Shown here piece by piece: positions 37,594-50,600 of a stretch of 62,088 nucleotides of DNA (its first letter is position 1; every line of letters starts with the position of its first letter). A program made the translations under genes and the position numbers. Under the pieces are notes generated by a model. It searched no databases and had not been told where the DNA came from. It worked only from the letters and a program-made list of their open reading frames with translations. Where the stretch lies: assembly GCA_000934665.2 (NCBI GenBank), contig KZ538559.1:1-62088 (forward strand), read 5' to 3'. The DNA comes from Catajapyx aquilonaris. Taxonomy: Eukaryota.

Positions 37594-40500
37594 GTCCCTG
37601 CAAGGTGCGGATCTAGGATGAAGAAGATTCTCAATTTTAGCCTTCCCCCTGTGGAATTTATAGTGTGAAAAGGTCACTGTGGAGGCTGCGCCAGACCGGA
37701 AGTAATTAGGTCACCCACTTGGACCATTAGCCTCCCAACTTCCTTTAATCGAGTCAGTTGCCATGGGGCAGGGCCCCATTCATTTGGCGGCTGTTCCGCT
37801 CACTTGAAGCAGCTGTAGTGGGGGAGAGCAGATGGGCATATTACGATAGGGATCGCACTACAGGAAGCACCAGAGGTTAGGCTGGTCCATGGGCCATCGT
37901 GTAATAGGCCAAAGTACACATTTTCACTGAAAGAATTTTATTTCAATATATGATACACTCAGAGTTCTGCTTGAAGGAACTGGAACGAGTGCTGCCGCCG
38001 CACTTCTCATCTGTAGAAATCAATGGCAGATTGCAGCAGCACCTTGGCATTTCCCCGGCGCCCACCATCTCCGGCGCGCATAATTTAGCCTAATGAGAAA
38101 GAGCTGAGGCGTCGGCCTCGATAGCCTCCCGCGGCTTCGGATTGCAGGAAAGCTTCCGCACCTATCGCCTCATTTATATTGATTATCGACGTCTTTTTCT
38201 TCCCTTTTTTTATAACCCCCACTATTATGAGAAGGGGATGCCTCAAGGGTGGTCGAAAGTTGTCACAGTTCTCCAACGGTCCCACAGTAAAGTAATAATA
38301 TTCAGCCGATTTAATCTCTCGGTGGGACACAAACATGCCATAATCGAGTGGCGATAGTCGACGTTGATGACGAGACCGGAAGCAAACAAACTTATCTGGC
38401 GGAGCAGCATAAACCCGGGTCGAGCTGGGTGGAGAGGGTATATACCCCCAGCCGCAGATTACATTATTGACAAGCCCGGGTTTTAAAGTGGGCCACTTCC
38501 TGGCACGTTACTAGGAACACGACGTCCAATAATGCAATATTTGGTCTTGCTCATTATCGAAAATGCGACGCTCCTGCCTGCATGATACGCCCCGCGTATA
38601 TACTCTGTTTTATTCACCGTTTCGGTATGCCCGATAAGACATCTGGCGCTCAGATCAATTCGGTGAAAATGGTTCGGTCAGCTCTCTCCAACCCTTTATT
38701 ACAGGGAGCCTCCAGTTCTTGCCTTTTACTGCAGGAATTGTCGCTGCTGGTGAACCCAGAGTGCACGTATAATCCCCATGTAATTTCCCTGATGAAAGAA
38801 TGGGTTACTCCGGATTATGGAGGAGCGTCGCCCTTAATGGAAACAGAGAACTAGTGCAGTTCTCAAATTTTACTCATCTCTGCTCGGAATCGAACCGCCT
38901 CCAAGTGGCCTCCACGGTTTGTACACCAGCAAACCCGAATTATCGGGCGCATATTAGTCGTAATCCGGGCCCAACCTCCCTTGAAAATTTTTTATGTTGC
39001 GAACGTGTCCCAAGTGCTGGTCATAAATTCGCTAATTCCAGTTTTTTGCAAGCGGACACTGGTATCTTTTTAACCGACTATTTCTCCGGTGCTGACCTGC
39101 ATAAGTGAGCAGTTGCTGGGAGTGTAATAACAATAAAAAGTGGGTCATTTTATTGCCCTAACCTGCTTCTTGATGTGGGTTAAGTCACGTCAGAGGGCGT
39201 AGCTGAGGTGGTCAAAAGTCAAAGTGATTTAAATCACATTCTTGCCTCCCAGCTCAGCCACAGCCTAGGTATAACTGGCAGGTATAAATTGTGGGGCCGT
39301 GCTTCACACCGAGAGCAGAATTACATTCCTGGAGTGAACTTTATATGCACACGCCAAAAGGACGCTGTCTGTATTGGATCTGACACATTGCAAGGTGCTG
39401 GAAAATAACTTGCATTCACATTACCTGCAGGGTCAGTAATGCAACTCTGGCTGCAACACAGTGGGAACAACTGGGACCTCAGATTTATGCCAGGTTTGAG
39501 CAGGGAAAGGGTTTCCTCGCGATGTAACGAGTACCAGCTGTGTGTGCTCGTAACCATGACGCTCTCAAATTGCTACGTTACACCCCTTGCCGCACTACAG
39601 GGTTTGGAGGACAGGACACACTTTCGCCTCACAGCATGCGAAAATGCGGGGGCCCCTGTCTAGGATGTAGTAGCTAAAAATATGCAATAATCGCTCTAAA
39701 AATTCGCGACCCGTTCTAATTAGACGGGTGGGACTGAAAAAAATGGCATTAGGCGGAAACTTTGTGTGTTGAGAGCCATTCCCGTCGAATTAAGCAGCAA
39801 GGGTCAATTTCACCCGGGGTCCCTCCACTCTCCTGGAATACTTCCCAAACTGCGCTGTACGCTCCACTAAGGCTATTGCACACGTTCCATTTAATTGGGA
39901 AGCTCGGCCGCATCAATAATTAGGGACTACAAGTGTAGGCTTTTCTCCCACATACTGGCTCTCCACTCTGTTACATGGCATCCTCTCATTGTGTCCCCCG
40001 CATGTGTTGGTCAAAAACACAATTAAAACATTCTGCCCGAACAATGATTGATGCAAGCTGTCCAGGCAGCTCAAATATTTAAAAAAAACTAGTGGTTATA
40101 GCTCGAAATTAAATTTTTTACACAGTCACAAAATATCGAAATATTCTACCATTTTTGACAAGGAGGATGGCTGGTTTTTACCCTCTCGTTTTTGGCACCT
40201 TGGTTTGAAGATCGTGTGAAAATTCGGAGCACGTTTAGGTCCGAGTGGAAGGGGCTGGTCTGAGCGTGCCAAGCAACCTCGTCTTCCACACCCCTGCCCT
40301 TTTCCTCCCTTCAGATGGGGAGAAAAGAAGTGGGGGAAGGAGGAGAACGCACACGTACCAAAAATCCGGCTCAAAAATGTATTTTTCCAGCCCAAAAAAT
40401 TTCAGTATGTATGACGAGAAAAGTGGATTGTCCGGATTTAATTTACATACAAGTTCTAAGCGTTAACGTAACTTTAAGCAGTGCACACGGGGGTGCATAG

Positions 40501-43500
40501 GTTCAGTGTAACTGGTTGCTAGGATGAACAACTCACAACTTCTTAGTAGGAACAGCAGCAGCATACCATCCTGTATGCATAGGAGAAGGGATGAAACTTT
40601 AAATGAGGAGACTGTCAAGTATAAAGCTGCGAGCCGTACTTTTGTTCCTCGGCTCCAATCTAATTATAATGGAAGACTCGTGGAGCAAGAGCTTTATATA
40701 TTTTTTGTTATATGAGATCCGATACAGAGGGAAGTGGGGGGGAGCTATCGGTAAGTTCTTCAAGCTAAATTTCACTAAGCAGCTTCTGGAATGCCAAACT
40801 GAGAGACGGGAATCTCCGCTAAATATCTGTTTCGGAATTTCTGATCACGCCTAAAGTTATTGGATGAAAAACAAGGCGCGTATCTGCTTCACGAGCTTAT
40901 GAATCGCTGGAGGAAAGAGCCTGCCGCCCTTTTGTTTCACGAAAAAAAAAATCAGGTTTGCGCCAATTGAAAACACTAAGTGCAGACTAATTCTAAATGA
41001 CTTTTCCATGTTCCATCCATATGAATTGTGTGAATGAGGTATTCTTTTGTCCAGTTATATGAATCGAGCGACAAACTTTTTTTTCAGCCCCCCCAGAACC
41101 GCATTATGGCAAAGGTTCCCCCGGTGTGATAACACCAGCATTAATTTGAGGGACCAGCTGAATATATTCCGTCTCTCACGTCCCAGGAAACATAATACGA
41201 CCCGAAAAAAACACACGTGAAATCGGTCAGCAGCCACCCCACAATTTCCATTACAGCCAGTCCATATCCAGGGAGCCGCACAGGGGCAATCAGTGAAACC
41301 GCTTATTCATTACCACTGGCACGGATGCACCTGCTAGCGGGCCCCTGTAGTATACGCGTGTAATATAAGCACTTGGAATTATGCGGGGTTCAGTCCAGAG
41401 GTCGTACACCTACAAAAAAAACGAGGTCATTTTCGCCCCGTTTTTAGTTTTTTTGGCATTAATCGCGCTTGAGTTATGGAAGAAAAAGGCGGCATCAAAT
41501 TCAGTAATTCCTGGCAAACAAGCGCAGGACAGCAACCCTGATTTACAACAACAGCTGTTTGGAGGGCCTGAAATTGCTGGGGGTAAAAACGGTTCAGTGA
41601 AAATCGCTGTTGCGAGTGGACATGTTAGTCCTAAAGTTTTGTTCTGATATCGCTGAAACTGGAGACAAATTATGCTGCCATTAATTCAAGCTAGGTAACT
41701 AACAGTAATCGCTGCTACTAACATTTCGCTGCTACTGGACCTTCAACATAGTAGGCTACTGTAATTGCTCAAACTGCAACAGTTATCTGTGACAGTGTGC
41801 TAGTGTTGGACAGGAGAATCCGAGTCGAGATTCCGGAAGCGGCTGGGCAGCCTCTTGAATGAAGAAGTCTATGGAGAAGTGGGGTCCTTCTCGTGCAGGC
41901 ATCTCGATTACAGTGTCCAAACTTCAACAGACTTCTTTGCCGATCTCCGGTAACAGTATGCGACAACGTTCCACCCTAAACTCTAATCGACCCCTATAGT
42001 TGTTGCAAGGTCCTAATGTTATTGACAATACCTGAATATCTACAGTTGAAGCTGAAATACATCGTTCTATTTTTTTCCTGATTGCTACAGTGCAATGGAA
42101 GTATACTACTTGTAGTAATTGAGGTGCTTACGTGTAGTATGCTCTCCTGCATTTTTTGGCTCCCCTAGTACACGGATGAGTGCTCTGGAAATGATGTGCC
42201 ACTTCACCTGGGAGATTGACAGCCCAATTACAATTGTAGAAGTACTCTGAGTTCAACGTCGCCCAAAGCCCGGATCCAGCCCCCAAAAACCTCAGGAAAA
42301 TCTTGCCCTAGCAGCACGGTAAATGGGGTCGTGGAACATGCTTGTTTACAAATGCAACGAGGCCCGGATGGATAACATCACACAATTCCGTGGATGAGTT
42401 TCAAAGTGCGGGGAAAGGGGCCCAAAAAAATTCCTTACATTGTGGGTAAAAATTTGTTGCGCAGGAAAGTTTCAGGGGGAAAGTTTTGGAGCCATGCTTG
42501 CAGGCAAGGCAGAGTGGCTTTACAGTATTAATCACAAACTCCTATGACGCTGCAATAGGTGGGTTGTGGTAATTGCATGTTACAGTGAACCCAAATTGGG
42601 AAATGCGCGCTCTAGTGAAGGAGCATGGTAAAAAAAGAGGAGCCAGAGTTGGCCTCAATCGTCTTTAGATTTTTTTTGCTGCAAAGAGCGAAACCAGGGC
42701 AGAAAACTTTTTTTTTCCTTAAAAGCCTAAAGCAAACGGCAGAGAGGGTTTTCCATTAAGGTTCTGGAATTGGGCTGCAGGTATGCAGGCACCATTGGCT
42801 GGTTTGTGGACCCCCCCAATCCCAGCCAGCCAACCGACGAAAGAAATACGTTGGCCAATCTCATCCGCTGTTGGTTTCTTCTTCCCTTCTTTTCCTCCTC
42901 CTCTACATTATGCAAATAGTGGGAAGCGCGTCTGGAGTGAGACAATCTCCGGAAAAGGAAAAGCGAGAGAATGGCGGCCAACTTGGACAAGTACGAAGAA
43001 GGAGAAGGAGAGAGAAAAAAGGGACGTCACTATCCCCTAATGGGAAATCTGAATTAAGCGGAAGACACTTGCGCAAAGGAGTCTCGACTCACAGTGAAGG
43101 TTTTAAAGGTTGTGGAAATATTTAGCAACCAGTGACTGAAAATTGAGTTTAGATTATTGTTCCAATAATTGATCCAATTGTGTAAATTAATACGTCGCTG
43201 CCGAATCGTGAGAAATACTGTGTTATCCAGATGGATGTTTACTTTCTATGGCCGTAAAAAAATCTATTTCTAGAGACTTTTTCAGACACCCGGTTGTTGG
43301 GATAGGGCGTCCTCTTTCCTTGGCATAAAGGGGGTCTGACAGACGACCCTGCTTTCCTTTTAGGGAGGTAGAAAGTGATGTGTAGAAGCCAGGTTTCGTG
43401 TCACAAACAGGTGCGTCCTGCATGGTGTCTCCTTCTTGCCAAGTCACTGAGAAGAGTCACTGGGGACCGGAGAAGGATTTTTTGGAATAGAAAATTTTGG

Positions 43501-46500
43501 ACTGGAAGAAAAACAAACACGCACATGCTTTTACGCTACATATGCAGGACAATTCGGTTAATGCCTTAGATTCCTGACGACTTTTGAACCCTGCAAAAAA
43601 TTATATTGCAAAAAGAACAGAGGGTTGACTTTCTTTGGCAAATATTGATCGTCTCATCGCTGTCTTCCAGCTGCGTTAGTCTCTGTAACAAAATATTCAC
43701 TGTTCTGCAGCCGCCTTTCATAGTGGAAAGTCAATACTATGGCGTTTTTTCTACTTCAGTTTCTGTGGAGTTACCCCCATCCTCGTGCCTTCCAAAGTCA
43801 TCGGGAAAAAGAGAGGGAAAAAACCGAAAAGAAGAAGAAGAAAAATCCCAGTTTCTAATTCTCTCTGAGACACGAATGGATCCACCGCAAGGTCGGACGA
43901 GCTTTTGAAACTTGCGTCAAGTTTGTTGAGTGAACTTAATCTCAGACCTATATAGGTCTATATCCCCTCATTGGGGGGGAGGGCTCGATTTAGCGGATGA
44001 GGTGCCACGATTTTGCTTTTCATCCCCACTATCCCGCTGGGACCGTCTCCATATTTGCCACAAGCCGGCTCATTTGCTGCCATTAATAACTTATCCGGGC
44101 TATTCAATTACCTGGAACGTACATCGAGTCTCATAGTCTCGCAATAAAGGTGAGGTACAATCGACATTGAAATCCTCAGTTGTTTACATTATTGTGTTAT
44201 ATAATCTGGTCTTGTCCTTTTAGCTCAAACATTTCGCAAATTCTAATCATAATTATATGAACCAGTTTCGTTGTTCTAGATATTGCAAGACTGCTTTGTG
44301 CTTCCTGCAAACTTTTTAACATTAATCCGCAATTGTTGCAGGATGATGATTATTTTTGCAGGTTCTTGTTATGCCAGCAGTATATTCCGTCTAACAATGG
44401 GCGCATTTTCAGGTGATGGGCCAACGCATTGAATAGCTTACCATTTTTAAAACCTCCAACAAAAGGGGGCAAAGTCCATGGTTTGATAATTTGATTATCG
44501 CACACCCTCCCAGCAGTTCACAATTCCGTGAACATATGCACGAATAATCCCCCATATTCGACAGGAAAATTGATTGGATGGGCACACAGAAAAGAGCACG
44601 TAGCGTCTGACAAGGAAGGAAACACGGGACACATTCCTCTACGAAAACAAATCACCGGTGCGGCCTCACTCTGACGGTACACACGCTCTCAATTACTCAT
44701 GTACTTTGCCGCAATTTACCATCCAGTAAAAAAAACAAGTGTTGGATCAGGAAGGAGTTTAATCGTTTTGAAGCACGAAATTAAAGTGTCCTCATTAGGA
44801 TGTTTTCTAAAGCAACATTTTCTCCAACCGATACTTCCATGCATGAGGGCTTTAAATTGTTACAACTCCATTGTAGCGATGACAGTAAAATGAAATATTT
44901 GAAAGGCTTCCGGTCAAACATTTTGTTTTGCATACAGTAACCACAACTCCAACTTGCAGCAAGTTGACTTTGCGCTCATTAAATTCCAGTCCCGATATAT
45001 TATGCGCGGACTCAAAAAATCCCCCCCTCCCCTCTCAAACTTTTTGACTCCCAAACCCAAACAGCGCAGCTCATTTATTTGTACTATACGAAAAGTCCAT
45101 ACGCACACACTAACAATAGTCCATCGCCGCTTACAAACTTCCCCGTTAAACCCGGGCGCAAACCATCTAAATAAGGGCATTAAAAAGGCGTGTCCCACTT
45201 ATTCATTATCAGGTTGCCGTCCCGATATAAAGTGAACCGTATCCCTCGTTCCCAGCCATTCCCTAACGACGCACCTCGTAACCACATCATCCCTTCAAAT
45301 TGAAGGTAATAGTTTATAAATGGCGGAATCCTGTTTATTTTACGACATCACGAACGCGCTGTCACCAGTCCACTAATCTGGTGACAGCCGTCCGGGTAGG
45401 GAGGGTAGTCCGCACTAATCATGCGGGACATAACAGCCAGGCTATTCGGCATCATTGCGCACAATGCTCACTTAGCTAATGGTAATTGATGACAGCAAGC
45501 TTTTACGGGGTTTAGTCGACCATACTGTCCCTTGATTCTTTGGAGAAAAAAAAAACTTGCGTTTTTTTTCGCCTTCTGCGTTTATGCCAGCACTTTTTGT
45601 AATGTGGGTCCGAAATGGGCATCGGGGCGCCGAATGGACCCACTAGCCATCGGGACATTGCCACTTGGCTCCAACCTCACAGGAAGAAGGATCCTTCCCT
45701 CTGGATAAACACGCCCTCTGGGAGTTGGGGGAGGTTGAAATGGAAGTGGGGAGAAGAAAAAAGAGAACTAGAAGGAAGAAATTGTACCCAGGATACGCAC
45801 GTTAAATGGATGGAGAAATTTTCAAATGGCCAAGAAACGACTAATCAGAAAAATGGTTCTCTGTGTCATCGCGTGGAATCTCATAATTTTTAAAATATTC
45901 CTCTCATTGCATTGTGTAGGTATACAACATGGGATGATAATTCAACTTAAATATGTGGATAGTATGTTTTTCCATATCAAAGTTTGGAACCTCCTGGCTT
46001 TTCCACCCTGCGTATTGATTTGGAGCTTTTTGAAGGTACACAAGCGAGGATTGGGGAATGAAAAGAAGACACGGATGAGAATGAGAGAGAGAGATCCAAT
46101 CCGATATTCAAGCCCCCACCGAAAAAGGGGATAATGAAATGCAGCTGTCAGGAAGCATTCAGCGGATGTCATCTGTGTCAACACATTTGTGCGTGTTCGT
46201 GTGTTCGGGAAGGTACGTGCACCAAATATTTATTCGTTCTGTCAAAAAAAGTGGATTCGGATCTCAATTTTCTCTCCAGAATAGGGTTTCGCTGCATGGG
46301 GACATGTGACAGGAACTACAATAAGAGAAAAAATTGCACAAATAATTCCGGGTCTATTTTTTGGGTGCTGTACACTCCCACAGTCGGAAAAGGAAAAACC
46401 TCAAACTTTTTTCAGCGCTTGTTTGTTATTGTTGATCAGTATGCAGTATACATAGAGTGGTTGTGGCTTACATACTCATCGCTCCATCAACAACAACAAA

Positions 46501-47261
46501 TGTCAAGCCACAGCCTCCAAATACCTATTCGCTTGCACCGAAAACAGGTTAAAAGTTCGGCCCAACTGGCTCTAAATTTGCGAATATTTGACAACACGCA
46601 GCCGATATTATTGAGAGTAAATATTAATATATACCTAGAGGAAGATCATGTTCAGTGAATTGCAAAGCCGCGTGGCCTTTAATATTTTATTACGTCCAAT
46701 ATAGACGTGGCATACTGTAGCTTCAAGTTTATTCGAGCTAATAATCCGTCCCAGATGGTAATATGAGCGATTTTTTGCTAATAATATCAGCTGAAAATTT
46801 GATGATCAGTTGAAATTACTGTTCTTTCATACAGAATGTGGCAGTTGCATCTTTGCGATTTTATAGTGTAAAGTAATCACAAATTCACTGATCATTGTAT
46901 GTACGCGTATCACTCGTTGGCCATGAAGATTGCAAAAAAGGGGGCACTTGTCCTTAAAATGCATGGCCGTTCACATCACTGCCTTAAACTGTTTACGCTG
47001 GACTAGAGAATATTAACGTCATTCTTTTAACTGCACGAGTGTGCACATAAGTGGATGACAAATTGGAGCGAAGATGGCAGTGACGACCCCTCCTTGCTGC
47101 ACGCCATCGATAATGGTGTGTCCTCCCATCTCCCCCTCACCCATATTTAGTTGTGGACACGTGAGCAGACCATAAATCGGATTAAGTGCCTCTTATCTGT
47201 ACATAATAAATTCCTCACCCTCCCTTCCCTCGTAAGTTAACCCAGAGTGAAGTTTACATAC

Positions 47262-47632
47262 GGCCAAACAGACAGGGATTTCCTCGGACCAAAATGAGCG
47301 AATGAGAAGGGCTTGGGGAAATCTGTTGTGCTATTTTTGGCTCTGATATTGTCGCAGCTATTGTCAAATCGCAGTTGAAAATAGCGGATGTTAGTTTGCT
47401 ACGTTGCTGGTGGGGGGAAAAAACTTATAAGTTAGTTAGTTTAAAGAAGTTTTCTTCATAAGGCCAAAGCGATAGGGATTTCCTCATATCAAAATGAGCG
47501 AATGAGATGACTGCAGGACATGGGAACAGCTGTTATGCTATTTTCGGCTATGAATATTATCGCGGCTATTTTCCAATCGCGGTTTAAAATCGCGGATGCT
47601 AGTTTGTGATGTTAGTGGTGGAAAAAAACTAA
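47262..47632 (+). repeat. Diverged tandem duplication with ~200-bp period
   Basis: GGCCAAA...AGGGATTTCCTC...CAAAATGAGCGAATGAGA...GCTATTTT...GCGGATGYTAGTTTG...GGAAAAAA occurs from 47262 and again from 47462. Confidence 0.9.
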
Positions 47633-50600
47633 CGTTCGGTCACGGCTGTCCAGTTCGAAGCAGCAGACCTAGAATTGGGCTTGCAACTCCCGCAAGGATC
47701 CATCACGTCAGAGAAAGCCCGCAGCTGGCCAGAATGGAAGTGTGGGAGGGTGGGCCTCTCTCTCTCTCCCCTTTTGCAACGTGGCCTGAGAGACAAAAAG
47801 AACCAGAAAAATCCCTCTCTAGAGACGGAGTCATGGCCCCCCTCCAATCATAATGGAGGCGGCTTTTTTTTTTTTGCTAGAAACTGGCCTGTTCGCAAGT
47901 GGACTTGTATACTTGTTGGGGAGGAGTGGGATATATAAAGGTCCGTGGAGAAGACCGCAACGCAGCTCATTTCCTCTTTGGACCACGTACTCACCCCTGG
48001 AGGATAAGCACATGCGGGGCTGACCGCGTATCCAGGGGAAATATGGCCGGCTTTGAAGGGGGGGGACAAGGAGGGCTGAGCATCAGGGAAGGGGATCTCT
48101 TACGTTGTCTTGTCATTTATTCAGGCTCAATCATACTTCTCCGGGGATTGAGGGCGTGCAGGGCCCAGGGAGGATTACGTTAGGTCGAACGACAAGATTA
48201 TGGCGGTGTTCACGGGGGAAGGACGTATGATAAAAAGGGCCCGATTGTTGCTTGGGTGCTGAATGGGGCTTAGTTGCGTAGTAATACGGAGTCTAAAAGT
48301 CGGCGTATTTTTCGTCAGAAGGAATATTCTAAGCTCGACATTTCTTCATGAGAAGGAATGAATGGGGAACATGCTTGTGCCAGTGAAGTGGTTTTCTTCT
48401 GAATAATGCATGCAGAATGAAATCGATTTAAATAAACTGCGCGATGCATAGCTTCATTCCTGACCTACAATATTGCAGCGCATTCTAGCATGACCGGTTA
48501 TGCATATTAGGATGGATATTATGGCCATTTCACCAGGCCAGTTTTGAGCTCAAGTGAACACATGAAATGCAGATTGTGCAGAGGTACAATGTAATGATTT
48601 TGAGATGTGAAGGTTTGAAGTGTGATGATTACATTATCCCTTGTCGGATCCATTTTTCAAACATTTGTATTACTTGATATATCAGCTGATTTTTCCATGT
48701 GCCGTGCAACATACTGTGCATTTACTCAAATTTGACAAAATGTCATCTGATGGAATTTACACGTTTCACAGCCTTCACTGATATCAGGATAAGAACGGCG
48801 CAGAACCCGCAGCTTCTTGATTTACAACCGACTACTCTGAATAATGCGGCATATAAAGTAGGACATCACAAACCACGGATAATAAAGCCAGTCATTCAAG
48901 GTGTGTGGCGTTAGGAAAATCCCGAACCCTCGGGAAGTGCCAGCTGCACACAAAAGTCCACTTTATGACTCATCCTTCAAGGAGCCTTTTCAAGACGTCT
49001 GCTTCTCATATACAAGTGCACTGGCTCAAGTGCATGCAGCAGCAGCAGAAGGCATCGGTTTTTATCTGCTATGGTGAAACAGTTCCTGGCACAACAATTT
49101 CCAGGGCCTTCTGACTATATACCGTAATGCTCATGCCGGCGGAAGGAGTTGCAGGAAGAGAGCGGGGGAATGTATCTTTCTGAATGAACTGTTAAATGAA
49201 AACGAGTGAAAGAGCAGGCTGTTCGGAATTTTAACAGTTTCCCGACATTAAAATGAAAATACATCCCATCAATTAACACATTAACGTGACTATTTCTGCC
49301 GTTCGCATGACTCTGCTATAATGAATCAAATTAGGCCCGTTTAATAAAAAAACTCTTTGGTTACAGCCGGAATGGACAATGACATACACTGCACTGTATC
49401 TCTGTCATTCATTCAAATCAATTGAGATGTCACGAACATAATCAGATCCTACAGTTGAAATAATTGGCCGAGGCATGACCACACGAAAGCCTCCCTTTTT
49501 TCAAACTAAAAATGTGCTCTAGTCCAACCGCTAATTTAACGCAACAGCTGCGGATATACAACCAGTCAATACGTGATCCGGAGAGATATAAGGATAAGAA
49601 AAACGTAATATTCTCCAGCCCTCCTAAAATTATCCAGCTGCTTGCTTCCAACTTTCTCTAATTTGAATACGAAAGAATTCAGCGAAGGTCCCCCTCCAAT
49701 ATTATATACGCACAAAGTTAAGTTTCCTCTGAGAATTCTCCGCCTTAGCAAAATACCTGCGGGCTACCAAGGGAATCCTCTTCCATTTGTGACGCTCGAT
49801 TCAAGATTCTCCTGGAGAGAAAACAATAGCATATAAAATTTCTGCCTTGAGAGCGAGACAAGAGCTGGTTTCTGATTGGCCTTAAATCGAGTAATTACTA
49901 TATTTCAGATTTGGTCAAGTAATACACTTTGGGTTGCGTATAACTGGGTGAGAGCCTTATGCTCCTCCTGAGATTCTCCGCTAAACCTCAAGCTAATTAC
50001 TTGGAGGTTTCTCCCGGAGGGTAATTGGGTTGCGAACAAGAGCCGGATGTAGCTGTTTCGCCAAATGTGCTTGCGGAGTGGACCTCAGTCTAGCTTCAGA
50101 GGGGGCTGACATTTTTATTTTTCCTAACTGTTCGCAGCTCTTTACAGCTACAATCAATAACAGCTCTTTATAGCCGTGACAGGATAATTGCTACTAGCAT
50201 AATTTACTTTAGACATTTTTTCCTTTCAACAATCCAGCTTAGCATCAGTCAATCTCGCAGAAGACGCCTCACAAAGAGAGCAGCGATCTGGCCAACTAGG
50301 GCACAATATTAACGCGGGACCAATGCACAAAGGGACAGCAAGTGGTACGTGCATGAGAATCGGGTATGATGGAGGGTGGTGGTGGGGTGGGAGGGCTAAC
50401 CAAAAAAAAAAGTCAACATGAGCGGACAGGTTGCGAATTATCGTCGCTGGGCGCTGCCACGACGGCTATACTTTGACCATCACGCGAAGCCGCTGCCTCA
50501 ATTTTAGCGCCACGAAAGGGCCGCGTTTTGAAAAGTTTACCCATGTTTTACCCATACTTCCGCAGAGTATTACTATTTTTTTGGTAGTAATGACACCGCA

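Noticed and set aside
45545..45570. A-run/T-run hairpins (also 58163-58185) resembling terminators
   Set aside because: Complementarity comes from homopolymers, and intrinsic terminators do not apply in this eukaryotic context.
47989..48013. ATG TGC TTA TCC TCC AGG G|GTGAGT as a phase 1 first exon
   Set aside because: Only six codons, no signal peptide and no supporting context. Such donors are expected by chance.
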